64,000 nucleotides of DNA. It comes from Desulfuromonadales bacterium (GTDB taxonomy: Bacteria > Desulfobacterota > JAENJC01). The notes below the pieces were generated by a model. The model saw only the letters and a list, made by a program, of their open reading frames with translations. It was not told the DNA's origin and did no database searches. Where the stretch lies: contig CAKKSC010000021.1 in the NCBI GenBank assembly GCA_919902985.1, forward strand, positions 29,676 through 93,675, read 5' to 3'. Shown piece by piece: positions 36,656 through 44,680 of this stretch (its first letter is position 1; every line of letters starts with the position of its first letter). Position numbers and translations under genes: made by a program.

Positions 36656-37009
36656 TCACTTGGTCTCATGCCTCTTGTCATATTCCTTCTGTGCCAGTTC
36701 AGACTCGAAGATCACGGTTTCGCTGTTCGGGCCATAACCGAAACCGCTTACAGGCTTTCCGCCGAGCTTCCCTGTATTTTCCCATGCAGCCTTTGCCTTA
36801 GGCGAGACGAAGACATAAATCTTTTCGTCCTTTGGCACCTCAAAGTAGGCATTTGCTTTTTCTTTGCCCGGAACGAGCTTACCGCCATCCAGCTTGAAGT
36901 ATTCGACAGTCGGTTCTGCCGGCGCCTTGGCTGTCTGTGAAGTTGCGCAGCCGCTGATCAGCCCGGCCACGAGCAATCCAATTAAAGTGATGTATCTTTT
37001 AACCCTCAT
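36656..37009 (-). CDS. Small lipoprotein of unknown function
   Basis: Signal peptide with lipobox LISGC. 117 aa. Lies immediately upstream of, and co-directional with, the porin gene. Confidence 0.5.
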   Translation of the reverse strand: MRVKRYITLIGLLVAGLISGCATSQTAKAPAEPTVEYFKLDGGKLVPGKEKANAYFEVPKDEKIYVFVSPKAKAAWENTGKLGGKPVSGFGYGPNSETVIFESELAQKEYDKRHETK

Positions 37010-37059
37010 TTATTCACCCCCTTTCATTTAAGATTTTTCTGTTTTTCATCTCTGATGAA

Positions 37060-37190
37060 GTCGTAAAAAGTCCGAGAAATACTTTTTTTTCGTCATTCCG
37101 GCGAAAGCCGGAATCCAGTGATTTTAAATAGTTATAAAAATCCTGGACACCGGTTTTCACCGGCGAGACGACTTTTTACGAGACCATCAT
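37060..37190. repeat. Structured ~130-nt element bounded by a perfect 12-bp inverted repeat (TCGTAAAAAGTC / GACTTTTTACGA) containing two internal hairpins
   Basis: Internal hairpins are TTCCGGCgaaaGCCGGAA and CACCGGttttCACCGG. It lies in the long leader between a Pho-box-like array (37323..37361) and the lipoprotein gene. Confidence 0.4.
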
Positions 37191-37322
37191 CTCTAACACA
37201 GCCACCCTACTTCCTTTTACCCCGAACTTTATTTGTCCCTCCTGCCTCATCCTGCCGGTAGCATCGGCAAGAGGAAGCAGAAGGAAACGGCGGGTAGAAC
37301 GAGGCCAGTATAGTTTAGGATT

Positions 37323-37361
37323 GTTACGGTGTTATTACGGGAATATTAAGATTAGGTTACA
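37323..37361 (-). promoter_or_regulatory. Pho-box-like array: GTTACG / ATTACG / ATTAAG / GTTACA at 11-bp phasing
   Basis: Hexamers start at 37323, 37334, 37345 and 37356. It lies ~310 nt upstream of the lipoprotein-porin unit and just 3' of the response-regulator gene stop. Confidence 0.5.
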
Positions 37362-37719
37362 ATAGGTATGTGGCTACCTTCCTCTTTAAATCAAAGATGT
37401 CTCCTTTGCATATATATCCCTTTACCCTGCACTCTGCCACCGCTCTCCTCAGGCTGTCCTCATCATTGGAGGAATGAAAGACGATAGGCACATCACACCT
37501 TTGAAGCACCAGCTTTGCGAGGTTGTCACCGGAGAGGGCGGGCATGTTTATATCAAGCAGGACAATATCCGGCCGGGATGTGGTGATGCGATTTATGACT
37601 CCAAATCCGCTGACATGGGTGGCTACATCATATCCCTCAGCAGTCAACAACTCCTTCGTTGCCATTAGCAGCATCTCATCATCATCTACAACAAGAATCT
37701 TCTTTTTAAACTTTTCCAT
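37357..37719 (-). CDS. Single-domain CheY-like response regulator
   Basis: REC signature (ILVVDDDE...VLLDINMPALSG...IVFHSS...K). 120 aa. Confidence 0.8.
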   Translation of the reverse strand: MEKFKKKILVVDDDEMLLMATKELLTAEGYDVATHVSGFGVINRITTSRPDIVLLDINMPALSGDNLAKLVLQRCDVPIVFHSSNDEDSLRRAVAECRVKGYICKGDIFDLKRKVATYLL

Positions 37720-38905
37720 GATCTATTACCTCCTCTTTTGAGTTTTTTATCGGCAGATGGACTTCAAACGAAGTCCCCTCCCCGAACCTGCTTGATACCG
37801 AAATAGAGCCTCCCAACAAATCCACAAGGTTTTTTGTTATTGTCAGGCCGAGTCCTGTCCCTTCATGCCTTTTTGTCTTTGCATCCTCAACCTGGCTGAA
37901 CGCCGTGAAGAGCTTGTCGAGGTCTGCCTCTTTTATCCCTATTCCCGTATCCTTGACAGATATCGCAACCATCTCTTCCCCAGCGGTCACTGCCAGTGTC
38001 AATCTTCCCTTGTCTGTGAATTTTGCCGCATTGCTTGTAAGATTTATCAGTATCTGACGGACTTTGATGGGATCGGAGACCGTAAATACGGGGCCGTCGT
38101 GGGCAACCACCTCAACATCGACCGGCTTGTTCCCTACGAGAATCCTTGCAGTCTCCGCCACTTCCCGAAGAAGAGGTATAATGTCAAAAGTCTCAAGGAA
38201 GACGTCCATCTTTCCCGCCTCAATCTTGGAAAGGTCGAGGATGTTGGTAATAATGGTCCTCAGATGGGTTGCGCTTGACATCATGACGGACAGGCGGTCC
38301 CTCAGTTGGCCTATGTCGCTTTTTTCGGAAGAAATCCTCATCAGTTCCGCCAGACCGATGATGGCGTTCACCGGCGCCCTTAGCTCATGTGTGACATGGG
38401 CAATAAACTGGGACTTCACCTGATTCACTTTTTCAAGTTCCTTCGCCCTCTCCCGCGCCATCTCTTTCTGAACAACGCTGTTTGCAAGGGCATGGCTCTG
38501 GTGGATCACCATCTGCTTCACTGATAGAAGCCCCTTGTAACGGTTGTCCCAGTCCACCAGCATGATTTCGTCATAGATGTCCTGGTCAGGCCTTGACAAT
38601 GCCCTGTCTATGGCGATGTCAAGCTTTTCGTCTTCTCTCATAATGAGGGGATTTGTGTCCGCAATAGCAATGATGGGCTTTTTGCCGAAAAGTTCAAACC
38701 CGAACCTTCGGAACAATGTAAACAGGAGCTTGGGCCTTGTAACGAGCCCCACAGGTCTTCCATCATCAACCAGAGCTACGGCGTCAAGGGTGGTAGATTG
38801 GTAAAACCTGTCTGCCACGTGGCCGGTAAGCGTGGTCGGAGAGAGCCATTCTTTTGATGTAATAAGGCTTCCGATAGGTTGCGAATCGGTCTGTAATGGT
38901 TCCAT
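37706..38905 (-). CDS. Sensor histidine kinase with N-terminal CBS-pair-like domain (HisKA + HATPase_c)
   Basis: H-box FIAHVTHELRAPVNAI. N, G1 and G2 boxes (LTSNAAKFT, DTGIGI, GTGLGLTITKNL). The ORF is open to 38995, but a GGAGA RBS precedes the ATG at 38905. Overlaps the RR gene by 14 nt. Confidence 0.75.
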   Translation of the reverse strand: MEPLQTDSQPIGSLITSKEWLSPTTLTGHVADRFYQSTTLDAVALVDDGRPVGLVTRPKLLFTLFRRFGFELFGKKPIIAIADTNPLIMREDEKLDIAIDRALSRPDQDIYDEIMLVDWDNRYKGLLSVKQMVIHQSHALANSVVQKEMARERAKELEKVNQVKSQFIAHVTHELRAPVNAIIGLAELMRISSEKSDIGQLRDRLSVMMSSATHLRTIITNILDLSKIEAGKMDVFLETFDIIPLLREVAETARILVGNKPVDVEVVAHDGPVFTVSDPIKVRQILINLTSNAAKFTDKGRLTLAVTAGEEMVAISVKDTGIGIKEADLDKLFTAFSQVEDAKTKRHEGTGLGLTITKNLVDLLGGSISVSSRFGEGTSFEVHLPIKNSKEEVIDHGKV

Positions 38906-39032
38906 ATCTTTCTCCGGCAAAGTCCCCGTGTATTGGGAATTTATTCTTGTTCTTCCCCCGCCCGATCTACCGGTAGCAGGGCCGCCGGGCCGCACATACC
39001 AATGGTCAGGTCTTGAAAAATCAGTCAGCCTG

Positions 39033-39515
39033 TCAAACCAGCTCCAATCGCCCCTTCGTAAATCCCCCTTTGCCCACTTTGTAAAGGGGGGTAATGGTTA
39101 AGAGTTTTTCCGCGAAAAAGGATAAGAGCCTATCCTTTATCTCATCCCGCACATGGCGGAATTCATACATAATCTCCTCTTCGCTGCCAATAGCGCCTGC
39201 CGGGTCCGAAAAGCCTATATGGGTTATCTCCACCCCGCCGAAAAAGTAGGGACATGTCTCATGAGCGCTGTCGCACAGGGTGATGACGTAATCGAAGGTT
39301 TGATCTTGAAATTCAGACATCTCTTTTGAGCGATGTCCGGAGATGTCTATCCGTATCTCCTTCATGACTGCGATCGCACGGGGATTGACGTAAGTCGCCC
39401 TGGTCCCTGCTGAAAAGGCCTCTATCCTGTCTCCCAGGAAGTGGTTTACAATCCCCTCAGCCATCTGGGAACGGCATGAGTTTGCGGTGCAAAGGAATAG
39501 TACTCGTTTTTTCAT
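39033..39515 (-). CDS. Low-molecular-weight phosphotyrosine phosphatase / ArsC-type arsenate reductase family protein
   Basis: P-loop signature LCTANSCRSQMAEG (C-X5-R) near the N-terminus, typical of LMW-PTP/ArsC (Trx-type). Confidence 0.7.
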   Translation of the reverse strand: MKKRVLFLCTANSCRSQMAEGIVNHFLGDRIEAFSAGTRATYVNPRAIAVMKEIRIDISGHRSKEMSEFQDQTFDYVITLCDSAHETCPYFFGGVEITHIGFSDPAGAIGSEEEIMYEFRHVRDEIKDRLLSFFAEKLLTITPLYKVGKGGFTKGRLELV

Positions 39516-39708
39516 CTTATGCTCAATTCAGCGAAATATTTATTCACTGGTCCTCTTGAGAAGAGCAAGCCTTTCCAGGACTATTTCTATTATCCTGAAA
39601 GTCTTAGCGACAACTTGTTTCGGGAACCTTCCTGGTCTCGTCAGGCGATACCTCCACACCAGCAGGCCGTTTCTGATCCTGTCATCTGCCATATTTCTAA
39701 ATATCTGT

Positions 39709-40731
39709 CTATATCTTTTTAACATCGATTCTCTTCCGCACAGCCTCACGGAGCGAATCCATTGTCGGGCATAGCTCCGCAAGATTCTTTCTGCTCAAAA
39801 AGGTCATATTCTCTGTCTCAGGGCCGGGAAGGGGAGGGCGGCAGGCTATCATTGGCAAACCCTTTACCAGGCATTCTGCTACCGTAGCCCCTCCCGGCTT
39901 TGTAATGCAGAGATCACTTATATCCATCAGCTCGTACATATTCTCAATATAGCCAAATACAAAGAGACGAGGATAGTTTTGTTTTAACAGGTCGAGCCTC
40001 TGCCTCAGCTTTTCATTTCTGCCTGTCACTATGAGGCACTGAACTGGAAACTCCTTTAAGACCTTGACAACATCTTCTATCCTCCCCAGCCCCTCTCCGC
40101 CTCCCAGGACAAGCACTGTATAAGTTTCAGGTTTCAGGTCCGGATCAATTTTCCTGCAGAGCTCTTTTCTGTTCCCCTTTCTGTGAAAAACCTGTCTTAC
40201 AGGAAAGGGCTTCACCACTATAGTCATTTCCGGTACGCCGTTCAGTATCATCCTCTCTCTCAGTTCTTCAGTGGCCACAGAAAAGCAGTCCAGGCGGCAG
40301 GTGTTCCAGTATGTGTCGTCAAGGAAATCGGTCAGGACTCCATGAACGGCCTTTATTGATGGGTATCTCGCTTTTAATTCGGATGAAGCCATGGCGCAGA
40401 AGACATGCGTGGATATGATCAGGTCCGGCGAAAAGTTGTTGACAAACTTTTCCATCTTCTTTAGATAAGGCCTGAAGAGAAGATTCGAGAACCATTTATA
40501 TTCGGCAAACCTTTGATAAAAGAAGTGGTACGCGCCAGGTGTAAATCTGATTGTTGAAAAATAGAAGGCGCTCCTTAGTTTGTCTCTCAGCCCTCCGTCA
40601 TAACTCAAAAAATCCACAACCCGGACATCCGCGCCTGGGAAGTCACGACAGACAGATTCAGCCAGTGCCTCTGCCGCCATATTGTGGCCTGAACCGTAGC
40701 CGATGGTCGCGATCAATATTTTTTTATACAT
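39709..40731 (-). CDS. GT28-family glycosyltransferase (MGDG-synthase / processive diacylglycerol glycosyltransferase-like), a candidate glycolipid synthase
   Basis: The N-terminus IATIGYGSGHNMAAEAL and overall length match bacterial/plant MGDG-synthase-like (UgtP/MGD) enzymes. Co-operonic with the PAP2 and DAG-kinase-like genes. Confidence 0.6.
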   Translation of the reverse strand: MYKKILIATIGYGSGHNMAAEALAESVCRDFPGADVRVVDFLSYDGGLRDKLRSAFYFSTIRFTPGAYHFFYQRFAEYKWFSNLLFRPYLKKMEKFVNNFSPDLIISTHVFCAMASSELKARYPSIKAVHGVLTDFLDDTYWNTCRLDCFSVATEELRERMILNGVPEMTIVVKPFPVRQVFHRKGNRKELCRKIDPDLKPETYTVLVLGGGEGLGRIEDVVKVLKEFPVQCLIVTGRNEKLRQRLDLLKQNYPRLFVFGYIENMYELMDISDLCITKPGGATVAECLVKGLPMIACRPPLPGPETENMTFLSRKNLAELCPTMDSLREAVRKRIDVKKI

Positions 40732-41259
40732 CTACCCGATCACCCATATCAGGGTGCTGGACACCCCTATCCCTATGAGGCCCCCGACGATGACATCGGT
40801 CGGATAATGGAGCGACAGAAAGACCCTGGAGATGGCAATTAGGGACGCCATGACGAAAAGCGGAATAAACAGTAGCGGGAAGAACCAGGCCGCTGCCGTT
40901 GCAATGGCAAAGGCGTTTATTGAATGACCGGATGGGAATGAGTATTCATCAGGCGGTGGAAGGATAAACTCCATGTCTACGTAAGTCTCAAAGGGCCTCT
41001 TTCTTGTAGTGCTGTGCTTGATGGCCTTAAATACCGCCACGCACAGGATGACCGATATGATTCCTATTAATACAGCTTTCTGCCCGTCACTGCCCCCAAA
41101 TATGAGCAAAGACAGGCTCAGGAAGAGCCATATTGGGCCGTCCCCCAGCTTGCTTGAAATGACCATCAGGTCGCTTAGCCACCGGTGCGACTTGAGGTCC
41201 CCCAGACGGTAACTTATGAGAGAGTCGTATTTATATATTGTTTCCATAATTACTGCCAT
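40732..41259 (-). CDS. PAP2-family (type 2 phosphatidic acid phosphatase) membrane phosphatase
   Basis: All three PAP2 motifs are present: KxxxxxxRP (KHSTTRKRP), PSGH (FPSGHS) and SRxxxxxHxxxD (SRVFLSLHYPTD). Confidence 0.75.
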   Translation of the reverse strand: MAVIMETIYKYDSLISYRLGDLKSHRWLSDLMVISSKLGDGPIWLFLSLSLLIFGGSDGQKAVLIGIISVILCVAVFKAIKHSTTRKRPFETYVDMEFILPPPDEYSFPSGHSINAFAIATAAAWFFPLLFIPLFVMASLIAISRVFLSLHYPTDVIVGGLIGIGVSSTLIWVIG

Positions 41260-41279
41260 ATATTCCTCCTTAACTATTC

Positions 41280-41338
41280 GGGGACAGTCCCTATTCTACG
41301 ACTTCGCTGCGCTTCGTCCGTAAATTGGGACAGTCCCC
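41280..41338. repeat. 59-bp REP-like element, copy 3 of 3
   Basis: The core is identical to copy 1 (tattctacgacttcgctgcgcttcgtccgtaaat) with the same GGGACAGTCCC termini. Lies between the PAP2 and DAG-kinase-like genes. Confidence 0.8.
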
Positions 41339-42208
41339 ATCTTTCGGAAGGATTACTGTTATGCCTTCCTCTGCTGTTGAAAACTCAGCGGGCAACTGCC
41401 CCACCACATCCCCGTCAGCCTGTATGTAAGTCTTTCCTTTTGATGTTATCTTTAGACTCTTTACCGTGTGATATTCAACATCAGGGTACGTCAGATGCCT
41501 GTTTCGCATGACGCCCCATGTATACCTAAGTATGTTCCCGAACCCCTTGCTCTTGAATATGCATACATCCAGATCATTTCGTTCCATATCCGCAAAGGGG
41601 GTTATAGATATGGTCCCGCCATAATATTTCATATTCCCAACTACTGTCCCGTAACCATTGATCTTCTTGCCGCTGTCAAGCTCTATCTCCAGAGGGGAGG
41701 ACCGATAGGTCAACCCCCTCCCTAGTGCGGTCAGGAGATAAGACAGCCTTCCTGAGAGCCGCTTGAGCCTGACATCAAGGCCGTAAACCACATATGCATC
41801 AAACCCGACGCCCCCCATCAGGAGAAAATAGCGGCCGTTGACCCTTCCAAGGTTTAGCTTTCTTGGCAAACCTTCAAGAATGATGTTGCAGGCCCCTACA
41901 GGGTCCATAGGGATGCCAGTTTCAAGGGCGAATACGTTGACAGTCCCCAGAGGGATGACGCCAAGCGGAATGTCCGAGCCTGCAAGACCGTTTATGATCT
42001 CATTTATGGTCCCGTCCCCGCCTGCGCCTACCACAATATCAACATTTTGGCAGCGAGCATCCCTTGCTGCCTGAAGGGCATCCCCCCTCTTGCTTGTCTC
42101 ATAGAGGTGGACCGTTGCGCCTCTTAGTCTCAAATATGCCCTGACCTGCAGGATGATGTCCTTACCGCCTCGTCCTGCAGTAGGGTTTGCAATAAGTTTA
42201 ATAACCAT
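41291..42208 (-). CDS. Diacylglycerol-kinase catalytic-domain lipid kinase (YegS/BmrU family)
   Basis: Has the GAGGDGT-type motif in IVVGAGGDGTINEIINGL and the overall DAGK_cat layout. Confidence 0.75.
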   Translation of the reverse strand: MVIKLIANPTAGRGGKDIILQVRAYLRLRGATVHLYETSKRGDALQAARDARCQNVDIVVGAGGDGTINEIINGLAGSDIPLGVIPLGTVNVFALETGIPMDPVGACNIILEGLPRKLNLGRVNGRYFLLMGGVGFDAYVVYGLDVRLKRLSGRLSYLLTALGRGLTYRSSPLEIELDSGKKINGYGTVVGNMKYYGGTISITPFADMERNDLDVCIFKSKGFGNILRYTWGVMRNRHLTYPDVEYHTVKSLKITSKGKTYIQADGDVVGQLPAEFSTAEEGITVILPKDGDCPNLRTKRSEVVE

Positions 42209-42407
42209 AAGAAACCGATTCCATTACCCTGGAAATCGTCCGGCTCCTGAACTCGTTCCGAAAGAGATGGGCCAGGAGTATAGGGCAATTGGAGTGGTCC
42301 TCTGACTCGCAGTATTTCACCAGGTCAGAGAGATCTGGAGTCAGCTGGCCCAAAGAGGCCTGACAAAAAGATTTGTGTTCTTTATGCCCAAGATATATAC
42401 AGGTCAT
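42198..42407 (-). CDS. Small Cys4-His protein, paralogue of 55176..55379; first gene of a Pho-box-preceded operon
   Basis: 69 aa with the pattern C-x-Y-L-G-x9-C-x-A-S...Y-C-x-x-E-x-H-x-x-C-P-x-L-L-x-H, shared with the paralogue. Overlaps the DAGK-like gene start by 11 nt. Confidence 0.45.
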   Translation of the reverse strand: MTCIYLGHKEHKSFCQASLGQLTPDLSDLVKYCESEDHSNCPILLAHLFRNEFRSRTISRVMESVSYGY

Positions 42408-42460
42408 CTACATTACCTTCTGATTTGGAATTATATATGATGAGATTTTAACAGGCAGAT

Positions 42461-42499
42461 GTTACGGAATAGTTACAGGGAAATTAAGATTTGGTTACA
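42461..42499 (-). promoter_or_regulatory. Pho-box-like array: GTTACG / GTTACA / ATTAAG / GTTACA at 11-bp phasing
   Basis: Hexamers start at 42461, 42472, 42483 and 42494. The nearest repeat is 54 nt upstream of the small Cys-protein ATG (42407). A TATATAAT-like -10 hexamer lies between the array and the ATG. Confidence 0.6.
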
Positions 42500-42527
42500 A
42501 TTCGCATGTTTTTTATAGATCGAACTT

Positions 42528-43568
42528 CTATACCCTGTCTTTGTGGATATGGAAGGTGATGGTGGAGCCTGTGATAGTGCTGCGGCCGGTATGGATAAAG
42601 ACAGCCATCCATAAGATTATCAGGGAGTATAAAACTGGCGGCGTCAATGAGGCGAGGCCGAGGGTTACGCTTTCCGTCCCCGAAACCCGTGAATTGAACA
42701 AAAGGGATACAGCAGCAGCCAATATGATGGAGATTATCGCCATGATCTGGTACGAGGAAATCTGTCTTTCCCCCCTGTAATCGGCCCTCAATATCTCTGA
42801 GAATGTCCTCCATCCCTGGGTTACGGCGATGGTCAGCATAAAGGCGAGTGTAAAATGAGACATCAGGAACAGAAGAGTAGCGGCTATGCCTGTAACACAG
42901 TAAAGCAGCGCGGTAATTGCCTGAATGGGAACGACTTTGACTCCGTCCAAGCCTCTTTCGTATGCGATCTTCTTGGTTTTACCGATAAAAATAAAGGAGT
43001 ATCTGCCGAAGCACCTTTGAAATAGCGGATGCGTATCGGCCAGTGCCCTTCCATAACAGCAGCCAAAGCTGATGCATGCGAGGCGTCCTGTCCCTTCTCC
43101 GAGTGTGTACGATATGGCAATGGCAGTCATGGCCGGAACTATAGGGATATTGCTGTTTAAGATACGGTTTATAAGGAGGATGGCTGCGGGGGCCATTATT
43201 ATGCCCACGAAAGATGCCCCTCCGACCGTAAATGTATGCCTCTTTTTCTCCACAATAATTGCCACTATCCTTGATGCAGGCACACAGATCAAAAGTATGG
43301 AGAGCGTCATAATCGCAGTTCCTTCAAGCGGGACATGAATGGCCTCCATAAGGACCAGGAACACGGCCACCGCAATAACATAGGCATTTGCCGTCAGCAG
43401 GCCGTAGTACGTGAGATTAATTCCTCTCCATTCGCCTGATATGTTCTTGGATACAGGCAGTGAAGCTATAATCTGCCACTCCTCTCCAGGCAGCGTACGG
43501 AACCCCCATCTGAGGAGGAGCAACAGCATCAATGCAAGCGTTGAAACAAAGATCATTTCATTTGACAT
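42528..43568 (-). CDS. Polytopic membrane protein, possibly prolipoprotein diacylglyceryl transferase (Lgt)-like
   Basis: At least seven TM segments. GEGTGRLACISFGCCYGR resembles the Lgt region GLGAGRLGNFINGELWGR. The match is weak. Confidence 0.35.
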   Translation of the reverse strand: MSNEMIFVSTLALMLLLLLRWGFRTLPGEEWQIIASLPVSKNISGEWRGINLTYYGLLTANAYVIAVAVFLVLMEAIHVPLEGTAIMTLSILLICVPASRIVAIIVEKKRHTFTVGGASFVGIIMAPAAILLINRILNSNIPIVPAMTAIAISYTLGEGTGRLACISFGCCYGRALADTHPLFQRCFGRYSFIFIGKTKKIAYERGLDGVKVVPIQAITALLYCVTGIAATLLFLMSHFTLAFMLTIAVTQGWRTFSEILRADYRGERQISSYQIMAIISIILAAAVSLLFNSRVSGTESVTLGLASLTPPVLYSLIILWMAVFIHTGRSTITGSTITFHIHKDRV

Positions 43569-43608
43569 AACCTCTCCTTATATATTTGTCCCGAAAATAG
43601 CCGTTCTT

Positions 43609-43672
43609 TTGTAGGGGAGGGGCTTGTCCCCTCCAGATTATTCGGGCGGTCGCAAGGGACCACCCCTACGGA
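43609..43672. repeat. GTAGGGGAGGGGCTTGTCCCCTCCAG...GCAAGGGACC.CCCCTAC REP-like element; a second copy at 56649..56708
   Basis: The two copies share ttgtaggggaggggcttgtcccctccag and caagggacc(a/g)cccctac blocks. Both lie between co-directional minus-strand genes. Confidence 0.7.
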
Positions 43673-43675
43673 GCT

Positions 43676-44680
43676 TCAAGATTTTTTTGCTATTGACGAA
43701 CGCACCTTGACGTCGGTCTCTACGAGTGGAACCCCAAACCCTTTTGAGAAGCGGCTTTGCACGTCCTGACGTCTCATGTTCCCGACAATGTCTTCATCAA
43801 AACGAACACATCCTTTCTGAAATATCAGCAGATCTGTACTGCTGCCAGGACGGTACAGGCTCTTGGGCTGCCCCTTTTTAAGAAACATGCCGGGGACCAC
43901 AGGTTGCGGAGATTCATACCGTTCCCCGGAATAGCACTGGATTATCTCCCCTATCATAAGGGCCACTACTTCGATCATTGCCACCAACCCGATCCCAGTC
44001 CCCCCTGGGACATCGGTATCCATTACAGTGACAATCCTCTTGTTCTTTGAATAAGGAGTCACTACCTTCACAACCGCACCGGGGTTGCACGCATGATATG
44101 TCCCGTCTATCTCGTATATATCCCTGACCAGGCCGTCAACGGGAATATGGTTGTAATGATATTGTTCCGGCGTCAGGCGGAACAGGGCGAAATCGCCTTC
44201 TTTAAACGCCTCAAGCCACTCTTCTTTGTTGCGCCCCAACAGTTCCTCATAAACAAAGAACTTGTCCTTTAAGAATAAGGACAGGCCGTCAAAGGAGCCC
44301 ACCAGGACCTTTGAATCCGCTGGAGAAACGATTACAGAGCGGTCATCCGGCATGGGACGGCAATCCCAGTATCGTATCTTTCTTTCAAAGAAATGTCTTG
44401 GTGTTTTGAGGATTTCCGGGCTGTCCAGGCATTCATTCAGGTCAATCCCAGGGGTACTCAGCAACCATTTGGTAAATCCTGCTCCTGAACCCGGATAATC
44501 TCCGTAATTAATGAGTCCAATCAGGTCGGACGCCCAGGCGCTGGTCAGTCCCCTGAAGAGCGCAGGCATCTTCTCCCTTACTGAGGAATAAAGGAAGCTG
44601 ACGGGTCCGTCCTTATACAGCGGCTCTGTACATATCCTGTTCGTACTGCGTTCTAAATACTGATGTTTTATCGTAAACAT
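43676..44680 (-). CDS. Phosphatidylserine decarboxylase-family protein (Psd-like)
   Basis: PSD hallmark LTPEQYHYNHIPVDG (Y-H-x-x-H-x-P). A C-terminal G-S-S/T self-cleavage-type site (LYRPGSSTDLL). Length ~330 aa. Confidence 0.55.
   Translation of the reverse strand: MFTIKHQYLERSTNRICTEPLYKDGPVSFLYSSVREKMPALFRGLTSAWASDLIGLINYGDYPGSGAGFTKWLLSTPGIDLNECLDSPEILKTPRHFFERKIRYWDCRPMPDDRSVIVSPADSKVLVGSFDGLSLFLKDKFFVYEELLGRNKEEWLEAFKEGDFALFRLTPEQYHYNHIPVDGLVRDIYEIDGTYHACNPGAVVKVVTPYSKNKRIVTVMDTDVPGGTGIGLVAMIEVVALMIGEIIQCYSGERYESPQPVVPGMFLKKGQPKSLYRPGSSTDLLIFQKGCVRFDEDIVGNMRRQDVQSRFSKGFGVPLVETDVKVRSSIAKKS

Noticed and set aside
30591-41338. Considered whether the three 59-bp repeat copies could be CRISPR repeats.
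   Set aside because: The copies are 0.7 kb and 10 kb apart, separated by full-length genes, with no regularly sized spacers and no cas genes. This is dispersed-repeat behaviour.
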